From NCBI GenBank assembly GCA_951406725.2, contig OX597820.1:95914001-95978000 (forward strand): DNA of 64,000 nucleotides, in the 5' to 3' direction. Shown here in pieces: positions 40,024 through 53,028 of the stretch. Each line of letters begins with the position of its first letter. Position 1 is the first letter of the stretch. The notes under the pieces are model-generated. The model saw only the letters and a program-made list of their open reading frames with translations. It made no database searches and was not told where the DNA came from. This stretch comes from Octopus vulgaris. Lineage: Eukaryota. The position numbers and the translations under genes were made by a program.

Positions 40024-41564
40024 CATTGAAGCACCTTGTTTTCAATTTCCCCCCTGCGGAGTCACCATTGAGTTCAATGGACTCGCTAAATAATTTAATT
40101 ATCGATATGCCTGTTTTTGTAACAGGTGAAGAAGAAAAAAACACCGGTGGTGTTGCCAAAGAAATGAAACTTTGCAGAGGCAGCAGCAAAGAAGGAGGGA
40201 CAAATTAAAACGGAGAAGAATTTTAAAAAGTTTATGTCGATGTTAAAAAAGGAGGGGACGAAAATACAAGTAGCCCCTCCAACAAAAACAATAGAACGAA
40301 TTAATAAGAAAAGAATACTTTAAGAAACTTCCAACGTCGAGAGGAAAAGAATTGATACAACAGGAGAAAAATATATTGAAAAATGCCTAAAGCCCATATG
40401 GTCGGATATAACTTACATGACAAGAGGAAAACGTTTTGGAACGGTCGAAGTGAGGTTTACATCAGAGGAGGTGGCCAGGTGACACTCTTCTGAAACTTTG
40501 AGAACGGGGGAGGTGGTTGTTCTTCCCATATATATGGGAAGAAGAACATCGCAAATAAAAATTACAAATATTTCTCCGGAAGTAGATACTGCCTAGCTAG
40601 TGGCAGCCATAATAATGAACCAGGAAGAAGAAATCACTAATCTCCAGGCCACAGTGGTGGAGGAAATGAACTAGAAGGGACAATGCTTGAACATGTTGAT
40701 TCAGATAGAGGTCCCTACGCTTTAAGAAATTCCAGAGTTAATAAATATCGGTGACGAGAGGCTGATCGTCTTCGTAGAAGGCAGGAAACCAAGATGTTTT
40801 AACTGCGGGTTAAAGGGCCTTATAAGGTGGGAATGCCAACCCGCAAAAAAGTGCAGGAAGAAAAAGAAAGAGAAGAAACATCGACTGTGGAAACATCACC
40901 TACATCAGCAGAGAAGATACCATCACCATCAAAACTAGAGGAAGATTGCGATGATAAAGAAAAAGAGGAGGGATGGTCGACTGTTTTTAAAAAAAGAAGG
41001 AAAAACAGAGACCTCCCTTACCAAACTGAAAACAAGAGAGATAAATGAAAACGTAAAGGACATTAATTACAGGGCCATCAAGGCATCAAATAATAGACGG
41101 ATTAACTATTTGGCAGCTATTTCATCTGCCAAACGGGTTGTAAAAACGTCATCAAAAGTCTTTCACATCTACAGGATAGGCCGGAAGGATTAAGGACGGA
41201 TTAAATCCGAATTTTTTCATGACGTGGGCCCTCTCACAATGGATTATTTTCCATATATCTACAAGAGCCTATGTAAAAAAAGAATTTATGAGCCCGAGAG
41301 AAAGAAAAAGAGAAGAAGGTGAATCCTCCTCGAGCCACTGACGCGAGGTAAGTCATGTCAAACATTCATGTAGGTTGAATAAATGTGCGTGGCCTGGTGT
41401 CAATCTGGAAACAAGGTCACTTCCTTAATGACATCAGGTCGCGTAATCTTGAGCTATTACTGCGGAAATTGAGCGGCATCGAGATGCCAGGTTATGGAAA
41501 AACGGTTTCAGCTTATGCGGATGACATCACCATCATCGTAACCGAAATGGATCACCTACAGTAG
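40024..41564 (+). mobile_element. Tx1/L1-like LINE remnant: ORF1 with zinc knuckle, plus a collapsed ORF2 (EN start fused to RT core)
   Basis: ORF1 IEKCLKPIWSDITYMTRGKRFGTVEV..LPIYMGRRTS..FVEGRKPRCFNCGLKGLIRWEC (knuckle 40795-40836). ORF2 from ATG 41355 reads MSNIHVG*INVRGL..NDIRSRNL|ELLLRKL..VSAYADDITII. Confidence 0.8.
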
Positions 41565-42375
41565 AAGCCGAAACAGTTGAGAAAGCGTTGCGCGCATTAT
41601 CTAACGATATGGTGTTTTTGGCTAGACGAAGCAAATATGGGACAGTGGTGGTCCAGTTCAAGACGGAAGAAGCAAGGAGGCTGGCAGTAAATACAGTGAA
41701 GTCGAATAATGTGTTCCTTCTCCCCATGTATCTTGGATGGAGGACGTCCAAGATCAGGGTAGAGGAAATCCCGCCAGACATAGATGTGGCTTGGGTTGCG
41801 GCGGCTGTCCTCCTTGGAAGTGAAGAGGAAGTGGCTGTCCTCCAAGCCACTGAAACGGAGGAGGTGATGTGGAAAGGAAAAACATTAGAACTTATTGTTC
41901 AGGCTGAGTAGAAACGTTGGAAGATTTGGCGGAGACAGTGACTGTAGGAGACATAATCTTGAGAGTATGGGTGGAGGGCAGAATCCCTCGCTGTTTTAAA
42001 TGTGGCTAAAGGGCCACATTAGAGCAGTCTGAGAAAAGTGGATAAAGTGTCGGAGAAGAAGTAACAGGAGGTACAGATGGAAGAAAGGAAAAAGGAAGAA
42101 TTATGGATAGTGGCAGAGGGAAGAAGGAAAAAGAGGAAGAAAGAACAGTGTGATATGGAATCCCAAGCCATCCCCACCCCACCCATAACCTCTCAGACCC
42201 ACACTCTCCCCACAGACACCAGACCCACTCATTCCCTCGCTTCACAATGTAAAAAAAAGCGAGAAACAGATATCATAAGATACACAAAATCCCCAGCCCG
42301 TGAAAATAGCTATGTATGTGTGTTAACAGAGGATGCAGACGAGGAACTAATAAATTTGAAAACTATAAAGTAAAT
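41561..42375 (+). mobile_element. Second Tx1/L1-like ORF1 remnant (divergent subfamily)
   Basis: VEKALRALSNDMVFLARRSKYGTVVVQF..LLPMYLGWRTSKIRVEEIPP..WVEGRIPRCFKCG.KGH. Homologous to the other ORF1 copies. Confidence 0.75.
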
Positions 42376-42568
42376 AACTTGTTGCATGTTCTAGGTGTTC
42401 TCATATGAAATACATACTCTCTTCATTCCTCACTTTAATTCTTTGTGTGTTTGTATTAAATAAAGGGATCAAATTTCTTTCCGAGACATAGACACATAAG
42501 GCTGGTTTTCTGGATTCTGACATATGTGTGTGTGTGTGTTTGTCTATATATGTTTATACATATGCTAT

Positions 42569-42652
<84 letters not shown>

Positions 42653-42659
42653 TTGAGAT

Positions 42660-42892
42660 GAGGCACGTAGTTTGGTAGTTATCGGTGATACAAGATAGTG
42701 ATCAGAGCGATGCTTTTGTTCTTAAGCTAAAACATTCCTTTCACATTGCTCCAGTCTCCAATCAGCTGGCAAAAATTAGTAATCCTGCAATGGAACGCAC
42801 CCCGTCCCGGTGGGATAATATACACCACAGAATCCAGAAAACCAGCCTTATGAGCCTATGCAATCGCAGTTAGCGTGATGAAAGATTTGACA
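42660..42892 (+). mobile_element. Degraded CORE-like SINE (family C)
   Basis: TTTCACATTGCTCCAGTC..CAGCTGGCAAAAAT body, as at 15123 and 50525. Confidence 0.55.
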
Positions 42893-44601
42893 CCAAAAAA
42901 ATTAAATTAATAGTCCTTGTGTGTTTTAGAATTGCTAATATGTCTTCAGACTATTAATTGTTTTAGTGTCAACATGCAGTCTCAAATTAGACCACGTACG
43001 TGGCAAGTACACTACGCATTATATATATGTCTGTAAAATAAATTTAAATTCCATCCACCAAAAATGCAACAGAAGTTCAAGAAATGAAGAGAGAACAGTT
43101 GAAAAGAGAACCAGGTAAAACGCATGTTGGTAAGTTCACTTTTTCGGGCTCTAACTAACCAGAGATGTGAGAAGTAATTATGTTTTAAATGCTAAGAGAA
43201 TGAAACAGAAGTGCTGTTGGTATGTGTGTGTATATATGGGAATATATGTGTGTGAGAACGCGCATATTCATGAGGATACATGTAATGTGTATGTACATAT
43301 ATATTTGTATACGCATTTGTGTGTAGGCGGTACAGGTAGTGTATGTGCGCGTGTGTGAGGCTGTTTGGTTGGTGAGATTAGCAGTATCGCTGTGTGTGCG
43401 GATGTTTGTGTGCGAGTGCAAAGGCATCAATGATATTCTATATCACTTTGCGTAGAGTTATCTAAACTGTCAGTTCCTATTAATGGAAAACTGCACGTCT
43501 TCACAGGATTATATTCAATCAAATAGAGCAACAGTTATGGGATAGCAGATGTGTATGTATGATGTATTACTTCGCAATATCCTTTATAAATGTAAGCATA
43601 ACAAAAAGCATAATATCTCTTTCAATTTGAACCTTAAAATCAAGGCGGAATAATATATTTTCACTGAAATTCTTGCGAAGTTCCCTTTTAGTGCAATTTT
43701 AATAAACATTGCATCAAATTTTAGAAGAAAATATATAATCAGAATTCTGAAAACGGCTTAGAATGTTAATTCTTAAAGGTCACAATTTATATATATCTTT
43801 TTCATGTTATCAATGGTAATTTTTAAAATGCTTCTCTGAGATAGAATTTCTAAAGACATCATTGTATTAGTTGCAGAGAAACATGTCACCTAAACATAAA
43901 TGTTTCTATGTATCTATAGTTATGGAATACTGAATATGTTAAAAATCATGAAAGAAATAATTCTTTTTAGTAAGTGAAATTCTAATGTTAATAAAGTTGC
44001 TTTTTTCTGCAATATCAAGGTGAATTTTTTAAATGTTATTAAGGAAATTTTTTCTTTAATGATATAGCATATTTTATAATTAACAATAATAGATTTTTTC
44101 CAGTGCAACCGGAAATGTAAGAATGTAAATTTTAAATTAGTTAAAAAATAACAATAAGGCTTCTGTTATGTAAACTTGTGGTGATTAGTGAAAAAGACAA
44201 ACAGAACAATAAAGGCCTTACCAGCGACATGTTTTAGTTGAAGGGGTTTTTACAGCATTTTCTCTAATTATTAATTTCTGTTACAAATTAAACAATTTCT
44301 TTCACTTATGCCGCTAAAACTATTGAGAAAAGCATAGAAGTCATTCAACATCATAGAATTTCTGTAGAAACATGTAGTATTGTACCTAAGTAATGAAAAC
44401 ATCAGCGCTGCAAATTGACAGACATGCGTAAGGGGAGCATCAGAATAATTCCCACCGGAATCAAGATCAAGTGTCAAATATATTTTCAATGTCTCTAAGA
44501 GCACTATTAATATAGGTGCAATTAATATATTGTATGCAATATAATTTTTTACCGCCACATTACTATAGAAGATAATTTTGTAAAACGTTATAAATTATAT
44601 T

Positions 44602-45600
44602 GGATCAAGGTTAGGGTTGGGATTTTAGGGTTAGAGTTACGGAAAAGTGAAAAATGAAGAAATTGGAGGGGGAGTGGTGGGGGGCAAAAAAGTCTTTCCG
44701 AAAATAGTAGCCGAAAAACAGGAAAAAAGAAAACTAAAAGCAGTAGAAATGCTTTGAAAGGCAGATCGAGAAATTAATTTTTTGTAACTAAACACTTTCA
44801 AACTTCGGACACAGGTAGAATGTGTCATATAAAACGTCTTGGTAGAATGTGTCATATAAAACATCTTTTACTCTTATTTTGTGGAAAACAGCTTGTATTT
44901 TCAAAGTTATTTCGTGTTAAAGTTTTCGTATTTCGGTAATTTCAACCAATCAATGACCTGTATTCAGCTGAATAAAATTTACTGCTGTTGTTTGTCAACA
45001 ACATCTTCTTTCGTTTGTCACTGTTATTTATGATATATTTCATCTCAGTTACGTTTTTATGAATAAACGAGTGAATCTGAAGCATGTTTATACTTCATGG
45101 CACCACCACAATCGTTCGTGCATTTCTACTGCTTTTAGTTTTGTTTTTTCCTGTTTTTCGGCTACTATATTCGTTAAGACTTTTTTGCCCCCCACCACTC
45201 CTCCTCCAATTTCTTCATTTTTCACTTTTCCGTAACTCTAACCCTAAAATCCCAACCCTAACTTTGAAACCCCAACCCTAACCCTAACTCTAAAACTCTA
45301 GCCCTAAAACGCTAACCCTAACCCTAAAGCTGAAACCAGTACAAACGCACGAACGATCTGATAAATAACAGTGACAAACGAAATACACACTGCCTTTAGT
45401 TGTTTACAAACAACGGCAGTAATTTTATTCAGTGATTGGTTGAAATTACCGAAATAAGACTACTTTAACACGAAATAACTTTGAAAATATAAACTTTTCT
45501 CAACAACACTAAGAGTAAAAGAGTAAAACTATCCGAAGTTTCAAAGTGTTTAATTACAAAAAATTAATTTCTCGATCTGCCGTTCAAAGGGAAAAGATCC
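44602..45600. mobile_element. Non-autonomous DNA transposon (MITE) with ~250-bp TIRs and internal telomere-like (CCCTAA) repeats
   Basis: GGATC...GATCC termini. Arms 44752-45031 and 45361-45589 are inverted. Degenerate CCCTAA array at 45235-45326. Confidence 0.8.
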
Positions 45601-46008
45601 ATTACATTCAATGACCCTTAATATGTTATCGTCCTCGTTGGAAATATTTCAGGTTTATATTGGAATCGCGTTGCAACTAAAATCACTATTGATTTCCTCT
45701 GGTTCAAGTTATAAACGAAATAAGCGTTTTCCACTAAAATCTCATCGAGCTAAAAAAAATTATGTCGAAGGGAAGCTTAATAAAGTAACACGAACATCTA
45801 AGCGTTTAAACATTACCGCAAACTAAAGGCAAGCCCTCCTCATTTGTACTCAGCACTTTAGGCTAGTTATTATTGCATTTTCAGCAACAATGTATGAATC
45901 ATTATTGGTGTAATCTGTTTATACACGATAGTTCATAGATAAGGTTGATAAGTTCGCTGTGAGCGTGGGAGAGTTCAACGCTTTAGGCCGTATGTTTTGT
46001 GCATGTGT

Positions 46009-46051
<43 letters not shown>

Positions 46052-48799
46052 AAAGAAAGTGAGAGAGTGCTAAATAGAGAAAGTAATGTTGTAGATTGTG
46101 CTGTGGACAGATGTGTAATTGTAAAATTGAATTTTCTTTCCCGTCAATACGAATGTACTTTCTATTTTATACATTGCAACAACGGAGTGTAGGCGTATTG
46201 AGAACAACGTGAAGTGCTTCCTTCTGGATAGAGAGTAACACAATTCGAGATTCTACGTATATGCAGCGCATGTATACGTTTATTTTTGTAACAATTTACA
46301 AGCAGGAAAATAATTTCATTAGTTAATATTTCTTAAAACAAATATCATACAACAATGGTACAAGACAATCACAAAATGAATGAAACTCAAACCCCTTAAT
46401 AATCTATGTAACATTTGTAAGCCATTAAGGAAGCAATCAATTGATGATGCAGTTGTTGCCTAACTATAGAGTTTTCAGTGAAAAGAATAGAATTTTTTAA
46501 TTCGTCTCAATGCAAAGGGAATTTTTAATATGAATGTTTATATTTTTATATTTTTCAGATTTTCTAAGAATTTCGGCCCACATTCTATCATTGGCAGACT
46601 AATAAATGATTTCCACGTGGCATTTGTTTTTTAGTTGCTTCTTTCACTTAAGCGACTAATGGCGTTTCAATTCATTTTATAATTTTTAAAACATGAAATA
46701 CTTTTAATGACGGTAACAATGTGCGAGAAAGTTACCCATAGAAATACAGTTTTGCAAATATTGGACATTTATTAATATCATAAATTCAGAAGTAAAGTGC
46801 ATTGATTTGAATACGTCTAATTTTATAGCATCTGTTTCGTATAAATAGGAAAAAACTGTTTAAATTTATACATGAAATAAAAAATCAACAAAACGTAAAA
46901 TGTGTGAACAGAAATATGTATTTTTCGTGTCACATTTCATCATTTCCTGCGAATAAAAACCAATATATCCTCTTAATTATAGACCAAATGTGTTTGGTGG
47001 GGCACCATTTTAGCAGAATCGTGTTTCAATATCAAACAATATCGTCTGCAGTATTTTTTGTCGAGTAAGTTCAAGTTATGCTGAGGTCAATCATGTTTTT
47101 TTTTTTCTCTTCCGAGTTTGATAAGATAAAGTATCATTGAAGTACAAAGGTCGACATAACCGACTGATCCCTTCACTTGAATTTCTGTTTCTGTACTTAA
47201 CTTAAAAACAAAGGCAGAGAGAGAACATTTTCATACTGGAAAAGAAATAGAAAGATAGAGAGAAAACGATGAGAATATCACTATTCTGAGTTATCATTTT
47301 ATTATAGGATGACAGACATTCGAACGTATATGGTGTCATCATTCAACCGCCGTGTTAATCATGTTTATGTTTTACTTTATTGAACCTCGTAGGATGAAAT
47401 TCAATGTGTTCTCTGGAAATATTTGAACTCAGATTGGCGGGAAACGAAACTAAACACCATAAAGGCAAAAATAAAAGTTTCTGCCTTTATATGTACAAAG
47501 ATGTTATGAAAGCAAAAGACAAACGTTTCTTGGCAAGATAAGACTATGAATTTGCAAATTTTGTCAAGAAATTAAAAGAAAGTAATAAAATTTTAAAAGA
47601 ACGACTAAATATCATTTACCACCTTTGATCGAATTATGCATAATTTATATTTTTTGTATCCTTCCAGAATAATCATTTCAATTTCCTGGTTGTTCATTTT
47701 ATTTCTTTAATGCTGTCAATTCAACTTAACTAAAATGCGTAACCAGAATTTGGAAAATAAAAGCTTTCCTTAAAATTCCAGTTAATTCATCCAATCTCAT
47801 ATTCTGACATTAACTCGTGACAATTCCCTTAATCCTTGCCTCTATTGTTTATTATTTTATAAATACATTTCTCTCCAGAGTTAGTGCCCCAAGCTATTAT
47901 ACCTACCACTCTCTTGCGTTTCTATAAATGAATTTAACACATGTTTCATTCTTTCTTAACAGGTGAGCTGGCAAAATAGCACTTCGCACAGAATGATTAG
48001 CGGTATTTCTTCCAGCTCTACGTTCTGAGTTCAAAACCCACAGTGGTTGACTTTGCTTGCCATCATTTATGGGTCAATAAAATAAGAACCTCTCAAGTAC
48101 CCTAGTTTATTCGACTATCCCCTGGTCCTAATTATAGACCTTGTGCCTATAGTACTTTATCAATCTCAGAGACTGAAAAGCAAAGTTGGTCACCAAGGTG
48201 TATGAACTCAGAACATGATGAACCATAACTAAATATCACAAGGAATTTCCCGACTCTCTAAAACTTGAGCCAGCTCCCTGTTTTAAATAGTCTCCGCTTA
48301 AGGCACAAGATCAAAAGTTTTGATTTTTAGTAGGTGTCATCGACCGTAGTATTAGAATATTTTATCAAACTCCGAAGAATGAAAAACAAAGTAAGTCTCG
48401 GCGAGTTTTGAACTTGAAACTTAAAGAATGGTAACTAACTACTGCATGGTATTTTGTACGATGCTATATTTTGCTGATAATGATTGTTTCGAAATTTTGG
48501 CATAAGACAATTCAGTGGTGGGGGGGGGATTATACCGTTACCAGTAATTAACTGGTATCATATTTTATCAGCCCCTTGTGGGGTGGGATGAAATGCTAAT
48601 TTAACTTAGGCAGAACTTAATTTTAAACGGTAAAGAGCCCGAACAAATAACACAAAGAATTTAGACCGACACTTTAACAATTCTCCGAGCTACCACGTTC
48701 TTTATAATTTCTAACTCAGGCAAATAGCCCGCAATTTTGAGCGGAAGATTAGTTAAGTCGACTACAACGCATTTTGTCTTACACTAATTCACCACTCTC

Positions 48800-49056
48800 A
48801 ATAATAATAATAATAATAATGATAATAATATTAATAATAATAATAATGATAATTTCTACAATAGGCACAAGGGCTGAAATTTGGTGGGAGGTGGGGCGGT
48901 CGATTAGATTGTCCCACTACGCAACTGTTATATAATTTATCGACCTCGGCAGAATTTGAACTCAGAATATAAAGACTGACGAAATTCCACTGGGCATTTT
49001 ATCCGGTGTGCTAACGATTCTGCCAGCTCGTCGCTTTAATAATAACAATAATATTG

Positions 49057-49095
<39 letters not shown>
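48800..49095 (-). mobile_element. SINE family B embedded in (TAA)n on both sides
   Basis: Order on the + strand: (TAA)n, tail stub TTTCTACAATAGGCACAAGG, body, head, (TAA)n. Confidence 0.75.
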
Positions 49096-49569
49096 CATTA
49101 AATATCGACTCAAGGTCAATAACTACAGGTAAGTCGACATCATCGATCCAGGTGCTCAACTGGCATTTGATTTATCTATTCCGGAAGGATGAAAGTGAAA
49201 GTCGAGATCGGAGGAATTTGAACCCTGAGCGTAAAAAAGAACGACATGTCGCCAAGCATTTGTTCAACTTGCAGCTATTTTCTTTGTCCGCTAGGAGGCC
49301 GAAAAACATTGAGGGCAATATGGAGTCAATGGACAGCAGTGATTTCAATATACAGATAGAAACAATAAAAAACACTAACAAGAAATTTTCTCCATAGGGA
49401 AGATCACCTCCTAGGAGCGACCATTGACACCCACCAATCCTGAGTCACGACGACCCTGAAAGGCACCACCGGACGATTCCCTTCGCTTATTCGTTCTTTC
49501 CAGGCTATAAATACAAGCACAGAGTAGGCCCACTAACCCGTGACATTCACCTGTCTTCAACAAATATAC

Positions 49570-49935
49570 TAGATGGTACACTTCCCTCTCTCGTCTTTTC
49601 TAAGTGAAAAGAAATTGATGTGAGTTTGGCCGGAGAAGGAAGAGTCTATCTTTATTCGTTTCAGTTGTGTGCACCACACAGATCTTTTCTCTATAGCGAT
49701 CAGGTGCTGGAAATTACCAGCCCTCTCATCCAAAGAAGACTCACAAAGTGATCTTCATGACAGAATTGGCTAATAGTCAAACTCGTACCACACGCAATAT
49801 GAGGTGTTCGACATTAAGCCACGAGACAATAATACTCGTGCAGTGTACTAGCGCATACAATACAGTTTCGTCTGTTTGCATACACGATTGATGGTGCCAG
49901 CATGCCTGCAGAGTTTACCGAACAGGAAATGCCTA
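49570..49935 (-). mobile_element. Tx1/L1-like ORF2 C-terminal remnant (zinc-finger region)
   Basis: Minus strand ..VC..DETVLYALVHC..W..VEHL..SVMKIT..FQHLIAIEKRSVWCTQLKRIK..SGQTHINFF, homologous to the ORF2 ends at 1170 and 2600. Confidence 0.65.
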
Positions 49936-50019
49936 ATCCACCCAGTAACACCACGGTGATTGTTCTACAACTACAATGTGAAACCATATAAAAGATCTTA
50001 CAAAATATTTCGTATATAT

Positions 50020-50236
50020 TTCTTTATTGCCCACAGGGGGCTAAACATAGAGAGGACGAACAAAGGATTAAGTCGGTTACTTCGACGCCCGTGCGTAACT
50101 GGTACTTTTTAAATCGACCCTGAAAGAATGAAAGGCAAAGTCAACCTCGGCGGAATTTGAACTCAGAAAGTAACGGCAGACGAAATCCTGCTAAGCATTT
50201 CCCCCGGCATGCTAACGATTCTGCCAGCTCGCCGCT
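50020..50236 (-). mobile_element. SINE family B with the Tx1-like tail
   Basis: TTCTTTATTGCCCACAGGGGGCTAAACATAGAGAGGAC tail plus full body and head. Confidence 0.85.
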
Positions 50237-50487
50237 TTATTTCATATAATACGCTTGTAACTTTTGAACTTGAAGTAGATAAAGCTATAAATAACAATGT
50301 GTACATTTTGGGCTACAAAAAAAAAATTATTTCTAAAAAAGTCTGCGAGGGGGACACGAACCTACATCTGATGTGAATATGACGGACGCTCAAATTTGAC
50401 GATAGTAATCGTTCGATTCCCCCCCTGTCCAGTTCAGAAGTTTTCTTATTACCAGTGAGAATTGTCCGTTTTTTTATAACGTGAATA

Positions 50488-50522
<35 letters not shown>

Positions 50523-50524
50523 CT

Positions 50525-50680
50525 TTGCGGTTAGGGTATTCGGCTCAAAATCGCAAGGTCGTGAGTTCTATTCATAGCGGCGCGTTGTATCCTGGAGCAG
50601 GACACTAGTTCACATTGCTCCAGTCCACACAGCTGGCAAAATATGTTGTACTTAGAATTCAAAGGCGAGCCTTGTCACAT
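50525..50680 (+). mobile_element. CORE-like SINE (family C), partial
   Basis: GGTTAGGGTATTCGGCTCA..GAGTTCTATTC..TTCACATTGCTCCAGTCCAC. Confidence 0.6.
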
Positions 50681-52540
50681 GTGTGAGTGTATGTATATAC
50701 ATTTTTATATATATTTTAAAAGTATTTTGTTGTCGATCTGGTATGAGTAGTGATACATCAAGCTGCGGTGATTTCCTGTTTCCTTTTGTATTAAACACTT
50801 TTACAAATAATATCAGAACTGCACGATTATTCGGCGACATGTTTAATGAACTCGCGACAAATGAAATGAATTCGAGCTCTGTTAGAAGATACTTCCAACA
50901 TTAAATAGGCGATCAATATGTTAAGAAACATATACATAGAGGCAGCTGCCACTGTAAATAGTTCACTATAAATAGTTTAGAAGCAGTCTGGCAGCTGTTT
51001 CTGTTTATTTGTTTCCAGTATGGATAGATACTGCAAAAAACAATACATATTAAATCATGCGATCTAAAATTCTAAAGTACACAGAAGCACATGATATTCG
51101 CTAAGTTAGCATATATATACTTCACAAATATATACACAGCACATACATAATCACTCAGACATGAATGCATGTTTCGACTAAAGTCATTTGCAAAACACTC
51201 AGGGCGTTTCTGTTTTTAGTGAGTTTCCTCTGTATTCTAGATAACATTCTGGAAGCCGAAATCATATTCCTTTTCATGTAGAAAAGATTTATCTCATCAT
51301 CAGATTTGTTATACTCCAATTAACTTGCAGGCAATCGGGGAATATATTTTCTCATTCAAGTATTATAATGGACTAAAATCAATTTAGTCAGCTGTGAACT
51401 TTGTAATTTGGTTGAATTTTATATTTTCTAAAAATGGCTTTAGTTAGGGGTAACATAGCTGTATGATTAATGCGGTTATTTCTCAACTACAAGGTTCTAG
51501 GTTTGAAACTAGTGTGTGGTATCTTGAACAAAGGTAGTTTTCTATATTCTCTAGTGAATAAAAGTGAGTAGACAGAAACCTTGTCAGACAGATGGTTGTT
51601 ACCCGAGCTTCAGAGATACAGTATCACGAAGATTCTACCCCAAAATTAAATTAATATTACATATGCATGTGGAGTTCTCGGCCCCTTTATGTTAAATTAT
51701 GAACAGAAAATCCAGTAGATTGGAAAACTAGATCCTGATCATTGAACGAAGGAGACTTTATGGTTTGTTGCTAAGTATAAAATAACACTATTTTGGCTAC
51801 TTACGAAGCATTGGAAACATAAATTGTAAAATATTGTCGATGACAAGATAACATTTACTGTCAAAAATGGTATTAAAATATTCAATTCCTGCATTTAAAT
51901 GGATTTTAAACTGAAATAAATGTTAACCATTTAAAACAACTTTTAAAACACTATATAATTATGTTTAGCGCTTGAAGAATAAATACCTATAAGATTTAAA
52001 AGATTATAATAGCGATGTCTAATTTGTTTTTTTACTCTTGACCCAGACAAGATTTGGGTAAATTTCGAATAGATAATATATTAGTCATACAATTTTAGCG
52101 TATTTTCTTTATTTTTTGAGGTTTTAATGGCTCTACGTTTCTGAAACCGAAATTTCAAAACATTGCAATAAAGATAAAATAATAGATTGTATTGAATAGT
52201 AGGTTTCTTGGGAATTCAACTATAATTTTTAATATCGTAATACAAGGCGAAGGCAATAATATGAAGCTTCATTAAAATTATAAAAAAGAATTAAATCATA
52301 ATTATTATCTCATGGCATATAAGTAATACTTGACCGAAACAATAAAATATCGAGCTACCTGATTGAGACAAGCAGCTATTTCCATAATTGATCTAATGAT
52401 TAAAAATAAAATATTTATGACAGTAAAGAGTAACAATTGAGAAGCTAAGAGGAAACCGCAAAATGTGCTTTTGTGCGCGCGTACGCGTGTATATGTATAT
52501 AATACATGCACACACACACACACACACATACATACATACA

Positions 52541-52604
<64 letters not shown>

Positions 52605-52616
52605 TGTATATGTATC

Positions 52617-53028
52617 TAAGGATATGTTGTTTGAAATAATGTCAAGTGTCATAGCATGTGTAGGAAACCATAAAGGTAAAAATTATTAATTAATACAGGT
52701 AGCGCCAGCATGCTAAAATAGCTGTCAAAAACTACTCAGAACCACAAATTTTCACTAATACACATTGATGAAATCGGGGGAATGATCAGAAATCCTGCTG
52801 AGGGGGAATGAGTAGAAGTCCTGCTGAAATCAGGGGGCGAGGTGAGCAGAAATTCTGTTTATTCCCCCTATTTCATCGATTTGTATTAGTGAAAATTTGC
52901 AATTTTGACTTCTAGTTTAGCAGCTGTTGCTACCTGAATCACTCTCCAATATTAATTAATAATTTTTACCTTTATGTTTTCTAAGCATGCTATGCCACTT
53001 AATACTACTTTAAACAATAATGCCCTTA
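52617..53028. mobile_element. Foldback MITE, ~410 bp, near-palindromic
   Basis: Arms of about 180 bp, including exact CATAAAGGTAAAAATTATTAATTAATA and CAAATTTTCACTAATACA matches. The centre has three GGGGG..CAGAA..CTG repeats. Confidence 0.8.

Noticed and set aside
45235-45326. True telomere or chromosome-fusion site
   Set aside because: The repeats are few and degenerate, and they lie inside a TIR element.
50938-51002. 14-bp imperfect inverted repeat around a 14-bp tandem duplication
   Set aside because: Too small to assign; no TSD and no second copy in the window.
51262-51308. CTGATGA...GAAA on the minus strand
   Set aside because: Helices I-III do not close properly; likely chance in AT-rich DNA.
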